From an uncultured Lentisphaerales bacterium (GTDB lineage: Bacteria; Verrucomicrobiota; Lentisphaeria; JABSQK01; UBA12247): DNA of 64,000 nt. A model generated the notes under the pieces. The model saw only the letters and a list, made by a program, of their open reading frames with translations, ran no database searches and was not told the DNA's origin. The stretch spans positions 64,001 through 128,000 of the forward strand of contig CALSSJ010000011.1 of the NCBI GenBank assembly GCA_943788985.1, given 5' to 3'. This document shows, in pieces, positions 48,185 to 58,725 of the stretch (position 1 is its first letter; every line of letters begins with the position of its first letter). Both the position numbers and the translations under genes were made by a program.

Positions 48185-51140
48185 TTATTCTCCATCGATG
48201 CGTTGGATAAAGTCTACGAGGGCGGCCCGCTGTTCGTCGCTAAGGCCGAGTGGGGGCATAGCGGGGACAAGGCCCTTGGGATACTCGGAGAGCGGGTCCT
48301 TGATGGCGTTGTCGACGTAGGCACGATCGACGGTGACCTCGACTTCTTTGCCGTCGCGGATGACGATTTGAGTTTTGCCGAGGAGCCCTTTTAAGGAGGG
48401 GCCAGCGAGGAGGGTGCCGTCGGTGCTGTGGCAACTGGCGCACATCGCGGCGTAGATGTCTTTGGCATCGAGCATTCGGTCAACTTCGACGGTCGCGGCG
48501 TTCAGGTCGGCAGCGGATTTTTGATTGAGGTTCTTGATCATAGTATACCAAAGCTCGCCGGCCCAGAGAAGCGATTTGCTGTTGAGTTGGGGGTTGTAGG
48601 TGAGGTGCAGCACCCAGCCCATATTCTCGTTAGTGTAACCGTTGTTCTTCAGCAGTGGCCTGGAATCAGCGTCTCTGAGACCATCAATCTGCAAGTGCAC
48701 ACGCTTGCCGCCGTCGAGTGCCTTCAGGGACTTGACCAGCAGCGGTGTGCGCCCGACGGGGGAGCCTCCGTAGCTACTCGTGGGAATGTAGGTCCATTGC
48801 TCCAACTTGAAGAGTTGTCGCTTAAGTACGGCCTTGGGCAACGGCTTGAGGAACGCGATCTCGATGCCGCCGGGGATCATTCTGGCTGAGAGAAAGTCAT
48901 TGAAGTCGCTGGGAGCCTCGGACTTGGCCTGGAGGCGTTGCAGGCCGTGATTCTTATTGAACTGCCAGAGGCGCTCGGCGCCGATTTGGCCGATATAGAA
49001 GGTATTGTCGGGCCCCAACGACATCCGGTTGGGGCCGCCGGTGAGGCCGCCGGTACCGTCGGCTTTGGCTGCGCCGGCTGAGAAGCGAAAGAGCGCGCCC
49101 TGCCAGACTCCCTTGACCTGTTCCAGATTGGCTCGGTGAATGGAACCAGAAGTGAAATCGGGGACGAAGAGCTGACCGTTGAAGGATGCCGCCGCGCCCG
49201 TTTGATTGCGAATGAGCACGGGCTGACCGGGAGACCGGGCAATGTGCATCGATTGGGGCAGATAAAGCGTGACGGGCGAACGCTTTCCCGAAATGCCAGT
49301 ACCCGCATCGACGTCTGCTGGTTGGAAGGCCGCAGGCTTTCCTTCCGCCAATAGGTAATGCCCATAGAAGCCACCCTGTTCGAGACGAATCAACTTGTTG
49401 GCCGGGTTGAAGACGCCCTGATTGTCGGTGACGTAAACTTCGTTCTCGGGGCCGACCATGATGCCATTGGGGGTGCGGTAGCCGCCCGCGATATAATCGA
49501 GCCGGACGGAGTCAGCCGTTTTCCTTGCCAGTGATGGGGCCCAGAGTGAATGTCGAACCACGGCGCACGTTGGAATTGACCTGGGTATTGGCGATCCGGG
49601 CACCGCCCATCTTAATATGGGTGCTAAAATTGCCACAGAGATAGACGGCGCCATCTTTCTGGAGCTGCTCAAAGCCGATGGTCCAGACGTGAAAGTTATC
49701 GCTGGCGAGACCTTCGAGGAGCGGGGTGCGTTCGTGCTTGGCGTAGCTCCCGTCGCCGTCTTTGTCATCGAGACGGATGATGCGCGTCTTCTCGCCGACG
49801 TAGATTTTTTCCTTGACAACGGCTAAGGCAGCTGGCTCATAGAGAGCGTCTGCCAAGAGTTCTGTCCGGACTTCGGCCTTGGATTTGGCACCAATCAGGC
49901 CACTGATCTTGTAGAGTTTTCCGTCGCGGTCGGGTTGCTTGTCGGTGCGATTAGGACTGAAGCTCAAGGCGTAGAGATCATCGCCAACGAAACACATGGC
50001 GGAGATCTTTAGCTCAGGGTCACCGGCGGGATGCAGGTCTTCAATCTCGAAGAATGGATGAATCCCCCTTACGTGCAGACCGGTGCCCGGTTCGGAACCG
50101 GTTGGGGGCTGGTCCTTCGGCTTGCTGGGCGCTTTCCGCTTGGGCTTGCGCTGTTTCTTTACTTTGGGTTTGGGCTTGGCGGCTGCGGCTACTTTTGTTT
50201 CCCCGCTAAGTTTAAGGCGTCCAAACTTGGGTTTGCGCTTGTCCAGGTTCTCGTTGAGCACGTCCTCTGTGACCCTAGGGCTATCGACGCCACCCTTTGG
50301 AACTGGAATATTTGCGCACCAAACAATGGCGTTTAGGACCTGTTTGCGAAACGCATCATCGGCCCAATTCTTGTGAAAATGGGCGCCGGTGCAGCCAGCA
50401 CCACGGCCGCCGTCGGCGCGTTCCTTCGCCCAAAATACGGTCAGGTCTGAAGGCTTCTTATTCTTCGCCAACGCCTTGGTGAGCTTGCCGTTTCCTTTGG
50501 CTGCATCTGGTCGGCCGCGCATGATCGCGTGGACTCTGTCTTGATTCAGACTGCCGCCATGGTCCAGCGCACAGTCGTGCTCATACTCCATTTTTACGTA
50601 CCACTCGTCGCGCAGATTCAGTTGAGCCACGCCTGAGTTGATCGGGTGCTTCTCGAGAACCGCCTTCAGGTCCCAATGTGGGTTGGACGAGAGCCCCGTC
50701 TTGTAGACCCCGCCAGTCCATTTCTTAATGAAGGGTTCCGCGACCTCCTCGGGGTCAACCGCGTAGTGGAGCAACAACTGCCCCACACCTTTTTGGGCAA
50801 GTTCGTCAACCAATGCATGATTGTCATTCATGAAATGGGCTTGGTTGCCTTTGTAAAAGTGGACGATGCGGTCGGCATTCATGAAGACGCCAGTATCGTC
50901 CGGCCAGTTGTTGACGACCGTGCAGCTCAGCTTATCCTTGATTTGGCTGGTGGCGAGCGACTTTTTCAGAAGCATGGCGCCGGCATAGAACTCGTGTGTG
51001 CCAGACGCATGCCTGAGGTCATCTCCAACGAGAAAGACCACATGTCTTTTATCCGCCGCGGCGGCGGCCTTCAGTACGGCAGATAGACTGAACACAGCCA
51101 GACAAAGCCCAGCCAGATGGTGAAACTTCACTACATTCAT
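48185..51140 (-). pseudogene. ThuA-like + beta-propeller + cytochrome c protein, split by a +1 frameshift at 49519-49522
   Basis: Signal peptide and ThuA-like domain (THEF.AG, DEWY, GRG..TGAHFH.NW). Propeller (GYRTPNG, VTDNQG, GPNR) and CASCH heme motif. Removing one A joins GKE to TADSVRL. Confidence 0.82.
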
Positions 51141-51228
51141 TCGTTCCTCGTGTTAGACGTCAAGGCTCTATTTCGATAAACATCTTGTACAGCGATAAGG
51201 CTGGACGAAATTCGCGGAACTTCAAGGC

Positions 51229-51420
51229 TTATTTCGCTGTCTTCGTTTTGGGCTTAAGCTTCTTGATGACTTTGGCGAGGGCTGCTTCGGTGCCGCTCAG
51301 GGATTTCCAGGTAGGCGCATCGGCGGTAGGCTGAAGCTCGACAATGGTGACGTTCTTGACCTAGACTGTGACGTGACCGTCTTTGTGAATCTGCGGCGCA
51401 CCGATCATCAGCGGGTTCTC
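51229..51420 (-). pseudogene. C-terminal remnant of a DUF1080 (3-keto-glycoside hydrolase-like) protein
   Basis: Reads MIGAPQIHKDGHVTV*VKNVTIVEL...KTAK*, resembling the DUF1080 end motif I.LQ.H....V.FKNI.I, with an internal TAG. Confidence 0.45.
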
Positions 51421-52856
51421 TGCAAAGCGGGAGTCTAGGCGAGCATCTTCTATTTCAAAGATACCGTCCTGTTTAATCGCGCGTATGCGAAAAGCCTACT
51501 CTATCGGTCTCTCGCTGGTTTGTATCCCGTGCCGCGACTTTAACCATTGCCGTTTCTTATCGAGCAGCGAGATCAACGATATGGGAGTGCCGCAGATGAA
51601 ACTGGCCAAGCAGGCTAAATCGTCGTACGTCTGCGGTGGCGTATCCACGATCACGAAGTCGCGTCAGCCATCATGGAGCGCGAGCCCCCGCAGAGAAATC
51701 CGTGGCGGCGGTGAGGCTAGGCTATTGATGCGCTGGCAAAATAGGTTGCATTCGATTGCGATGTTTTTTGAGCATCGGCTCAGGAGGTAAACAGATTCCG
51801 TCCAGTCTGCTAATTGCGGGCTTTGTGGCCCGTTACTGAGGGTGCCTCAGAGAGGGCAAGGGAGTATTGATGGCAGACTTTGCCCCGAGGCTCCTACTAA
51901 TAGCCCTAGGATAAACTTGCGTCTTCTGCGAACGCGCCTTTCGGGCACCTTGCAGCCAGGCTCCACACACGATAGGCATGGCTAACCGTTTTGCGAAACC
52001 ATACGACAAATTTCCTCGAAATTCGTCGTTCTCGCGACGCTCGGAGTTTATCCACGGACTGCTAAAACGCCTATGTTTTCTTCCTCACCAGCCTGAGTAC
52101 AGGCAGCGAACCGCGCCCTTGCGTTTTCGCAACCATCGGTCTTTATAAGCGATTCGGTGCCCGTACCGCAAGGTGCCCATCGTTGGCACAAACGATGGCC
52201 TGACGGATCGCGAAAATTTCTGTACTATTCGGTTTTCCGCTCTCCGTCGTTGGCCGCTCGCGGCCCAGCGGCCATACCCTAACAGTACCACCTCAGTCGG
52301 TGGTAAAATGAACGCCAATCTGTACGCCCCACCAGTTTCGAAGACGCGCGACCCGCGGACCCTACCCTTGCTGCCGCTAGAGGAACGGGAGGCGCTAGAA
52401 ATCTCGATCAAATTCGTTTCGCGGACTTGGTTCACGCATATCGTGATGTTGTCCGGTCCGGTCTCGGGGGCCATCCGCCATTACGCTGTCGGGCTCCGGA
52501 AATCGGTGTATTTCTATGGACCGCTGGCTGGCAAAAGTCCAACGTCCTGGGCCGTGAGCCCAGCAGGCTGCTTAGTAGCGTATCGGCTCGCATTGAATTT
52601 CGTGTGCGACTCGACGACCAGGCACTTCCTGGCCACATTGATGTGTATACCCCCGATGTACCGGCTCGCCCAAATCACAGAATTTCGCCTTATTCTGTGC
52701 CATCGCCTACTCTACGAGAAAAATAAGCGATTGCCGCTTCGGAGGGGGATATGCCTGCCGGTCCAGTCGCCAGCTGGCGGTAACCTCACGATTACGCACA
52801 GCTTGCGTGCGCAAGATGAGGGAGAGTTGGCCCACTAAGGCGTTCACTTGTGCAAG

Positions 52857-52893
52857 CTCGGTTGTGAATCAGACAATCTAATTCACAACCGAG
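52857..52893. terminator. Perfect 13-bp inverted repeat, likely terminator or stabilising hairpin
   Basis: CTCGGTTGTGAAT-cagacaatcta-ATTCACAACCGAG, 27 nt beyond the methyltransferase stop. Confidence 0.55.
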
Positions 52894-52920
52894 GCGAGAC
52901 CTCGACCAAGCGGGTGTGTG

Positions 52921-53902
52921 CTACTTCCCGTGACTCAGAATGAAGAGCCCTGTGTCGCCTTTTCCACTGGCATTCAACTCGACCGCTTGCGTCTCGAACG
53001 CGGCCAACTCCTCAGTCGTGAATAGGGAGCGAGCGCGAGCTTTCGAGTTATTCTCCCCGGTCTCAGGGTCGATTAGGGGGATGTCGCGTGCATAAATCTC
53101 ACTGCCTAGAAACTGAAAGGTAGTGGAGATGCATTCGTTGTGCACGAGCTTAAGCCCAGTTTGTTCCGCCAGCAGTTCGACACTCTTTGTGGTATGAATC
53201 ACAAGATGGCGTGGGGCGTCAAGTTGCACCCAGCTGACTCCATAGTGTTCCCACGCATAACAGTGGGCTACGGGCATTGCCAGCACCACGTGTCCGCCTT
53301 CAGCCAACAACGGGGTCACATCTCTCAAGACCTCAGGAGAATTGTTCATGTGTTCGAAAGAGTGATTTGAACAAGATTAAGTCAAACTTTCCTTGCATCT
53401 CACTCAGCGTCTTCTTGTAGATGGTAACGCCCTGATCGAAGACAATATCCTGTTCTACAAACGGATCGACGCCGGTCAAGTTGCCAAAGCCTTCGTGATA
53501 CAGGTGGTGCAGCAGTTCGCCTCCCCCACCGCCAACATCCAGAATTCTCGAGTCTTGGTGCAATGGAACGTGCGCAAAGCTGTCGGGTAAGTCGGGGCGG
53601 CCGTTCAATCCCACCAAAGCAGATCCCAGCAGGCTGGTGTGTCCCAGGGCGTGCTGAAGACGAACTCGCTTGAGTGCTCTCTTTAGCCCGCCGGACTTTG
53701 GGAGTTCCATGCTCGCAAAAGAATAATAGTTGTCTGGATAATAGTCCCCGAGGTTGTCGGGAACTACGGCAATCTGAAGGGCATGGCACCGGGCACATTC
53801 GAAGTACTCGAAGGAATCGTGCGTGCCGAACATCATCTCATGCGCGGAAAAGGTACGATTGTCCTGAGTGTTCGCACAGGCGTCGCAAGCATATTGTGTC
53901 AT
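52921..53902 (-). pseudogene. Class I SAM methyltransferase with N-terminal Zn-ribbon, +1 frameshift at ~53367
   Basis: CDAC..CARC, YYPDNYYS, ILDVGGGGG, GVDPF. Removing one A restores FNHSFEHM and joins to W.QLDAPRHL. Confidence 0.88.
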
Positions 53903-54691
53903 GTCGGGGGATTCCCATTGTAGCGTTCTTTACATTCGATACTGATTTGACCGCATCAGCCTTGGCTTATGCACAGAAGATTTAGAATCCTTGTGCGTCA
54001 AACCCCTGCAGTCCTACAGCCCAACTCCATATCCGAATAAGCTACCGTCAATCTCTTCATTGGCGAGCGCAATCGCCCAAAACGTAGCGAGGGTCCGCCG
54101 GCATGGGCCCCCGCTGTAGTATGCGCAGTAAGATTCCTGTGGTCTGGTCTTGGACCGATGCAAGACAGGAGGAAGAGATGTCTGTCAAGCTAGATACGCG
54201 AAAACTGCGAGAAGGAGGAGGGGAGTTCGGATTGCAGATCTTGGACTAGCGACTTGCCACCAGCGGGGCTGACACTTTGACTTGGCTTACCTGTTGGCTG
54301 GCTCCGCGGTTGGAATGCCCGAAGATTGCGTATCGGCACGTAGAAGCGTCTGCCAATCCCGTTGGTCACGAAGCGCTGGTCCGAAATGCCGGGCAAAACA
54401 ACCATCCACTGGAGAGATAAAGAATCTCCCGTAACACACGCAAAAAGGTTATGGGACCAGACTCCGTCTGCTTTAATTCCCATGTCCCGAACGAGGTCGG
54501 CGCCTTTGCCATAGGCAGCCATCCCCTCATGGCGACTCTGTACGCAAAAACGAGCAGAATTTCTATAACTTTCCGGGCATTATTGCCAAAGAGAAGGCCC
54601 AAGGCAATTGTGGCAACAAGTGGACCTGTACCCCTCCAATGATCAGGCGGCGTTTCAATGTCCGGCTGTAAGCTGAATGGCGCATTCTGGT

Positions 54692-54719
54692 AGGATAGGA
54701 CGGCCAGGAGAAATGTCAA
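54692..54719 (-). promoter_or_regulatory. Putative sigma70 promoter
   Basis: Minus strand TTGACA-N16-TATCCT. Confidence 0.45.
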
Positions 54720-54742
54720 GAGGGGGAGGATGTTGGGCCGAA

Positions 54743-54811
54743 ACAGGGTAGCCCAGGCCCGCGCTCGTATCGTGTTTGGCTTGGGCTACCTTGTCGGGGC
54801 CCGTTGGGCCT
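54743..54811. repeat. REP-like palindromic element
   Basis: Arms ACAGGGTAGCCCAGGC (54743-54758) and GCTTGGGCTACCTTGT (54779-54794), followed by GGCCCGTTGGGCCT. Homologous to 35225-35296. Confidence 0.65.
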
Positions 54812-54920
54812 GGCTGGATTCCCGTAAATCACCGGTAAGTATGCGCAAAGTTGCGAGTGCTATTTCCTTCTGCAGCATGAAATGTTGAGCCGCGGGCAGG
54901 CGGAGTTCCGAAGGTGGGGC

Positions 54921-56327
54921 TTAGATTTCTTCGAACTCGTCGAGGCGGCGCAGCCAGCGGGCGCGGGCCAGGCACTGGTGGTACATGCAGGGGCGGTCGC
55001 CGATTTCACAGGTGCCGTCGGGGCGGGTGCCGCCGCACGGGCCTTCCTCGAGCCCTTTGGGGCACTGGGAGGCAGGCACGTAAAAGGTTTTGGCGAGCTG
55101 CCACTGGTCGCTGGCGTCGAGGCAGAGGGTTTTGCGAAGGATGCGGCCAAGGGAACCGGTGCGTTTTTCGACGGAGAGTGCATCGGCGATCAGGTAACGG
55201 ACTCGGTCGCCTGTGGTGGCTTGAGGCAGGCGATTGTGGGCCTGGAGTGTGTGCTGGGCGTTGTAGGTGCAGAGGCTCTCATCGAGCAGATTTTTATAGG
55301 CGTAGTAGTGACGCGGGTAGGGGGCCATTTCGACACGGTCATGGTAGTCATTCCAAGCACGGAGCCAATCTTTGTAGGTGGTCAGGCTCTGAGAGTAGGT
55401 GTCGATCTCATTGAGCAAATTCTGAAGGCGCGCAGGGTCTTCGATGCCGGCGATCTGGACGCCGCTGCAACCGAGGAGTCGGCAGCCGGTGGCTTGGAGG
55501 GCCAGACGGCGGAGTTGGGCGGCTTCGGCTTGTTGATCGCCGACGTTAGCTTCGCGCTGGAGTTGGGCGGCAAACTCGCGGGACATGACTTGCCCAGGAC
55601 AGAGCCCGTCAAGGATGGGGACGACTTCCTGGGGGCGGACAAAACGAAGACGGGCAATGACGGGAATGGCATAGTTGCGCTGCTGGCTGTACCAGAGCAG
55701 CTCTTGGATCTTCTTCATGTCCCAGCCTGCTTCGGTGACGAAGAAGTGGGCACCGGCTTTGATCTTGCGGGCCATTTTGTAGTACTGCAGAAAGGTGTCT
55801 GCAATGTTGTACTTGAAGGGGTTTACGGTGGCCGCAAGGGTCAAGCCCTGCACGTGCAGTTGCTGGAGCATGAGGGTGCTGTCGAGGTGGGCTCCGGGAT
55901 GGCCAGCGAAGTCGCCTTTGAGCGGCGAGGGCTTGGCGAAACCGGAGACGAGCAGCAGATCGGAGACTTTGGCCGACTTAAGCCTGGCGACGAGCTCGCT
56001 GAGATTCTCGGCACTGAGCCCCGTTCCGGAGACGGCGGCCATGACCGGGAGCTTTTTACGCTCCCGCTTGAGACCGGCGAGGGTATCGACGAGGCTGTGG
56101 CGCTCGGCTTCGGCCTGGAAGCCGCCGGTGAGGACGAGGCCGTGGATGCGCTTGTCGGTGGCGACACTGCGGACGACCTCGGTAACGGGGAGCATACCGA
56201 GCTGGAAGGGCTGGTCGGCATTAGGGCGCACGATCTCTAGTAGGACGGTAAAGTCGTCTTGGTAGAGGCGCTCCCGGAGGCGGGTATCGGCCTCGAAGGT
56301 CATCTCAAGCTGGCGTTCGTTTTTCAA
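54921..56327 (-). CDS. Methylenetetrahydrofolate reductase-like protein (MetF-like barrel plus C-terminal Cys-rich MetV-like domain)
   Basis: VNPFKY, KM.RKIKAGA.FFVT..GWD..K, then CPKGLEEGPCGG...G.CE....C.Y. Confidence 0.72.
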   Translation of the reverse strand: MKNERQLEMTFEADTRLRERLYQDDFTVLLEIVRPNADQPFQLGMLPVTEVVRSVATDKRIHGLVLTGGFQAEAERHSLVDTLAGLKRERKKLPVMAAVSGTGLSAENLSELVARLKSAKVSDLLLVSGFAKPSPLKGDFAGHPGAHLDSTLMLQQLHVQGLTLAATVNPFKYNIADTFLQYYKMARKIKAGAHFFVTEAGWDMKKIQELLWYSQQRNYAIPVIARLRFVRPQEVVPILDGLCPGQVMSREFAAQLQREANVGDQQAEAAQLRRLALQATGCRLLGCSGVQIAGIEDPARLQNLLNEIDTYSQSLTTYKDWLRAWNDYHDRVEMAPYPRHYYAYKNLLDESLCTYNAQHTLQAHNRLPQATTGDRVRYLIADALSVEKRTGSLGRILRKTLCLDASDQWQLAKTFYVPASQCPKGLEEGPCGGTRPDGTCEIGDRPCMYHQCLARARWLRRLDEFEEI

Positions 56328-56342
56328 GAGGGCCTGCTTCGG

Positions 56343-57623
56343 TTATTCGATGACAACGCGTCGCAGGTTTTTCTTGCCGGCTCGCAAGACGAGCTCACCG
56401 TCTTGAAAGTCCTGGAGCGTGACTTGGCGCTGGACATCGGTCAGGCGCTCTTCGTTGAGGTAGGCACCGCCGCCCTGGATGAGGCGTCTGGCAGCGCCGT
56501 TGCCGGTCTGGAGGCCTGATTCGGTGAAGAGGGCGCAGATCCAGATGCCTGCTTCGGCTGCGGCCTTACCCAGCGCGTAGGTGGGTAGATCTTTGGTGCT
56601 GGACTCGGGCCGGAACTGGGCAATGCGGCTGCTGGTCTGGATCTTGCCTTCGGGGTCGGCAAAGCCGAATCTGCCGGCGATGGCGTGGAAGACCCGCTCG
56701 GCTTCTTGGAAACCATGGGCGAGGGCGGTGGCTTCGAAGGCGAGGATCTCTTTGGCGCGGTTGATGGCCGGGGCTTCGAGAGCGCCGAGGCGCTGGATTT
56801 CTGCAACGGGCAGGTCGGTAAAGAAGCACAGGAGCTTTGTGACTTCGGTGTCTTCGACGTTGCGCCAGAATTGGTAGTAATCGGTGGTGCTGGTGCGCTT
56901 GGGGTCGAGCCAGACAGCGCCGGCCACTGTCTTGCCAAACTTCTGGCCCTGGCTGTTGGTGAGCAGCGGAAAGGTGGCGCCGTAGACTTCTTGGCTGAGC
57001 ATGCGGCGGGTGAGGTCGATGCCGGCAACGATGTTGCCCCATTGGTCTTGGCCACCGAATTGAAAGCGGCAGTTGCGATCGCGGCGCAGGACGTAGAAGT
57101 CGTAGGCCTGGAGGAGCGTGTAGTTGAACTCGAGGAAGCTGAGGCCGGTCTCTAGACGCTGCTTGACAGATTCGGCGGTGAGCATGCGATTGACGCTGAA
57201 GTGCTTGCCGACATCGCGCAGGAATTCGATGTAGCCGAGGCCATCGAGCCAGTCGGAGTTATTGACGAGGATTCCCTTGTCGTCATCGGAGAAATCGAGA
57301 AAGCGCCCGACTTGCTGACGCAGCGCGGTTGCGTTGTCCGCAATGTCTTGCTCGCTGAGCATCTTGCGCATCTCGGTTTTACCGGAAGGGTCGCCGACGC
57401 GGGCGGTGCCGCCGCCGATCAGGATGACGGGACGATGGCCGTGGCGCTGGAGGTGACGAGCAGCCATGATCGGCAGCAGATGGCCAACATGCATGCTGTC
57501 TGCGGTGGGATCGATACCTATGTAAAAGGCTTCGCCTTCGGCATTCAGTAGTTTTTTAGTCGCTTCTTCGTCGGTGTGCTGGTAGAAGAAGCCGCGTTGC
57601 TCAAGGATATCAAATGCGTTCAT
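56343..57623 (-). CDS. tyrS: Tyrosine-tRNA ligase
   Basis: YIGIDPTADSMHVGH, GDPSGK, Y..LQAYDF, GG.DQWGNI, KFGKT, C-terminal S4 domain. Confidence 0.98.
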   Translation of the reverse strand: MNAFDILEQRGFFYQHTDEEATKKLLNAEGEAFYIGIDPTADSMHVGHLLPIMAARHLQRHGHRPVILIGGGTARVGDPSGKTEMRKMLSEQDIADNATALRQQVGRFLDFSDDDKGILVNNSDWLDGLGYIEFLRDVGKHFSVNRMLTAESVKQRLETGLSFLEFNYTLLQAYDFYVLRRDRNCRFQFGGQDQWGNIVAGIDLTRRMLSQEVYGATFPLLTNSQGQKFGKTVAGAVWLDPKRTSTTDYYQFWRNVEDTEVTKLLCFFTDLPVAEIQRLGALEAPAINRAKEILAFEATALAHGFQEAERVFHAIAGRFGFADPEGKIQTSSRIAQFRPESSTKDLPTYALGKAAAEAGIWICALFTESGLQTGNGAARRLIQGGGAYLNEERLTDVQRQVTLQDFQDGELVLRAGKKNLRRVVIE

Positions 57624-58723
57624 GATTCGGCGAGTAGGTCTCTTAAGGCGTTAAGGCAGCGCAAGTTTTCGGTGCGCGTGCCAAAAGTAATTCGGATGTG
57701 GTTGGGCAAGTCATAGACTTCCATCGGGCGGACGATGATGCCGTTCTCGCGCAGGCGGCGCGCTGGCTCCAGGCTGGCGTCTACTTGGATCAAAATGAAA
57801 TTGGCCGCGGTTGGCAGGAAGCTGACGCCCATGGCGGTAAGCTGTTGCTCGAAGAAGTTTTTCTCGCTGCGGTAGAGTTCGCGGCTGCTGGTGACAAAGG
57901 CTTGGTCGGACAGTGCGGCGACTGCTGCTTGTTGGGCAAGGCGGTTGGTGTTGAACGGTTGCCTGACTTTGCCAAGGGCGGTGGCGAGTTCCTGGCAGGC
58001 GACGCCATAGCCGATGCGCAGTCCCGCGAGCCCATAGGCCTTGGAAAAGCTGCGGCAAACGAGCAGGTTAGGGAAGCGTTCGACCCAGTCCATGGAGGGG
58101 GGCATGAGCGTGAGTGCGATCTCCGCATAGGCCTCGTCGAGGACGATCAGGACGTCTTCGGGGACGCACTCGCAGAAGCGCTCAAGTTCATCGGCGGCGA
58201 CTGCTGTACCGGTGGGATTATTGGGATTGCAGACGAAGACTACGGAGGTGTCGTCCTGGATGGCAGTGGCCATGGCGTCCAGATCGTGCCGTAGGTCTGC
58301 GCCCATCGGAACTTGGGTGGACTTGCAGCCGAACATCCGCGCGAGCAGCCGGTAGACGACGAAGGCGTGCGCGCTGAAGACGACGTGGGTGTCGCCGCGC
58401 ATGAAACAATGGCCGACAAACTCGAGAATCTCGTTCGAGCCATTGCCCAAGATCAGTTGCTCGGGAGCCACGCCGTGCTCTTCAGACAGAGCCTGGCGTA
58501 GTTCCCAAGCCCCGCCATCGGGGTAGAGGTGGCATTCCCCGATCGCTTCCTCAAGGGCTTGCATGGCCTTTGGAGATGGGCCTAGTGCTGACTCGTTGCT
58601 CGCAAGCTTCACGATACTGTCCGGGTCTAGACCCAACTCCCGTGCCACTTCCTCGATCGGTCGGCCCGGCTCATAGGGGCGCAGCGCTGACAGGTTGGGG
58701 CCGAGCTTCTGCAGCAGGTTCAT
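57620..58723 (-). CDS. hisC: Histidinol-phosphate aminotransferase
   Basis: Y.PG.P, KLASNE, YPD, GNGSNE, NPNNPTG, DEAY, RSFSKAYGLAGLR.GY. Confidence 0.96.
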   Translation of the reverse strand: MNLLQKLGPNLSALRPYEPGRPIEEVARELGLDPDSIVKLASNESALGPSPKAMQALEEAIGECHLYPDGGAWELRQALSEEHGVAPEQLILGNGSNEILEFVGHCFMRGDTHVVFSAHAFVVYRLLARMFGCKSTQVPMGADLRHDLDAMATAIQDDTSVVFVCNPNNPTGTAVAADELERFCECVPEDVLIVLDEAYAEIALTLMPPSMDWVERFPNLLVCRSFSKAYGLAGLRIGYGVACQELATALGKVRQPFNTNRLAQQAAVAALSDQAFVTSSRELYRSEKNFFEQQLTAMGVSFLPTAANFILIQVDASLEPARRLRENGIIVRPMEVYDLPNHIRITFGTRTENLRCLNALRDLLAES

Positions 58724-58725
58724 CG

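Noticed and set aside
54190..54719. Two overlapping minus-strand ORFs
   Set aside because: Possibly a gene remnant behind the TTGACA promoter, but no identifiable motif.
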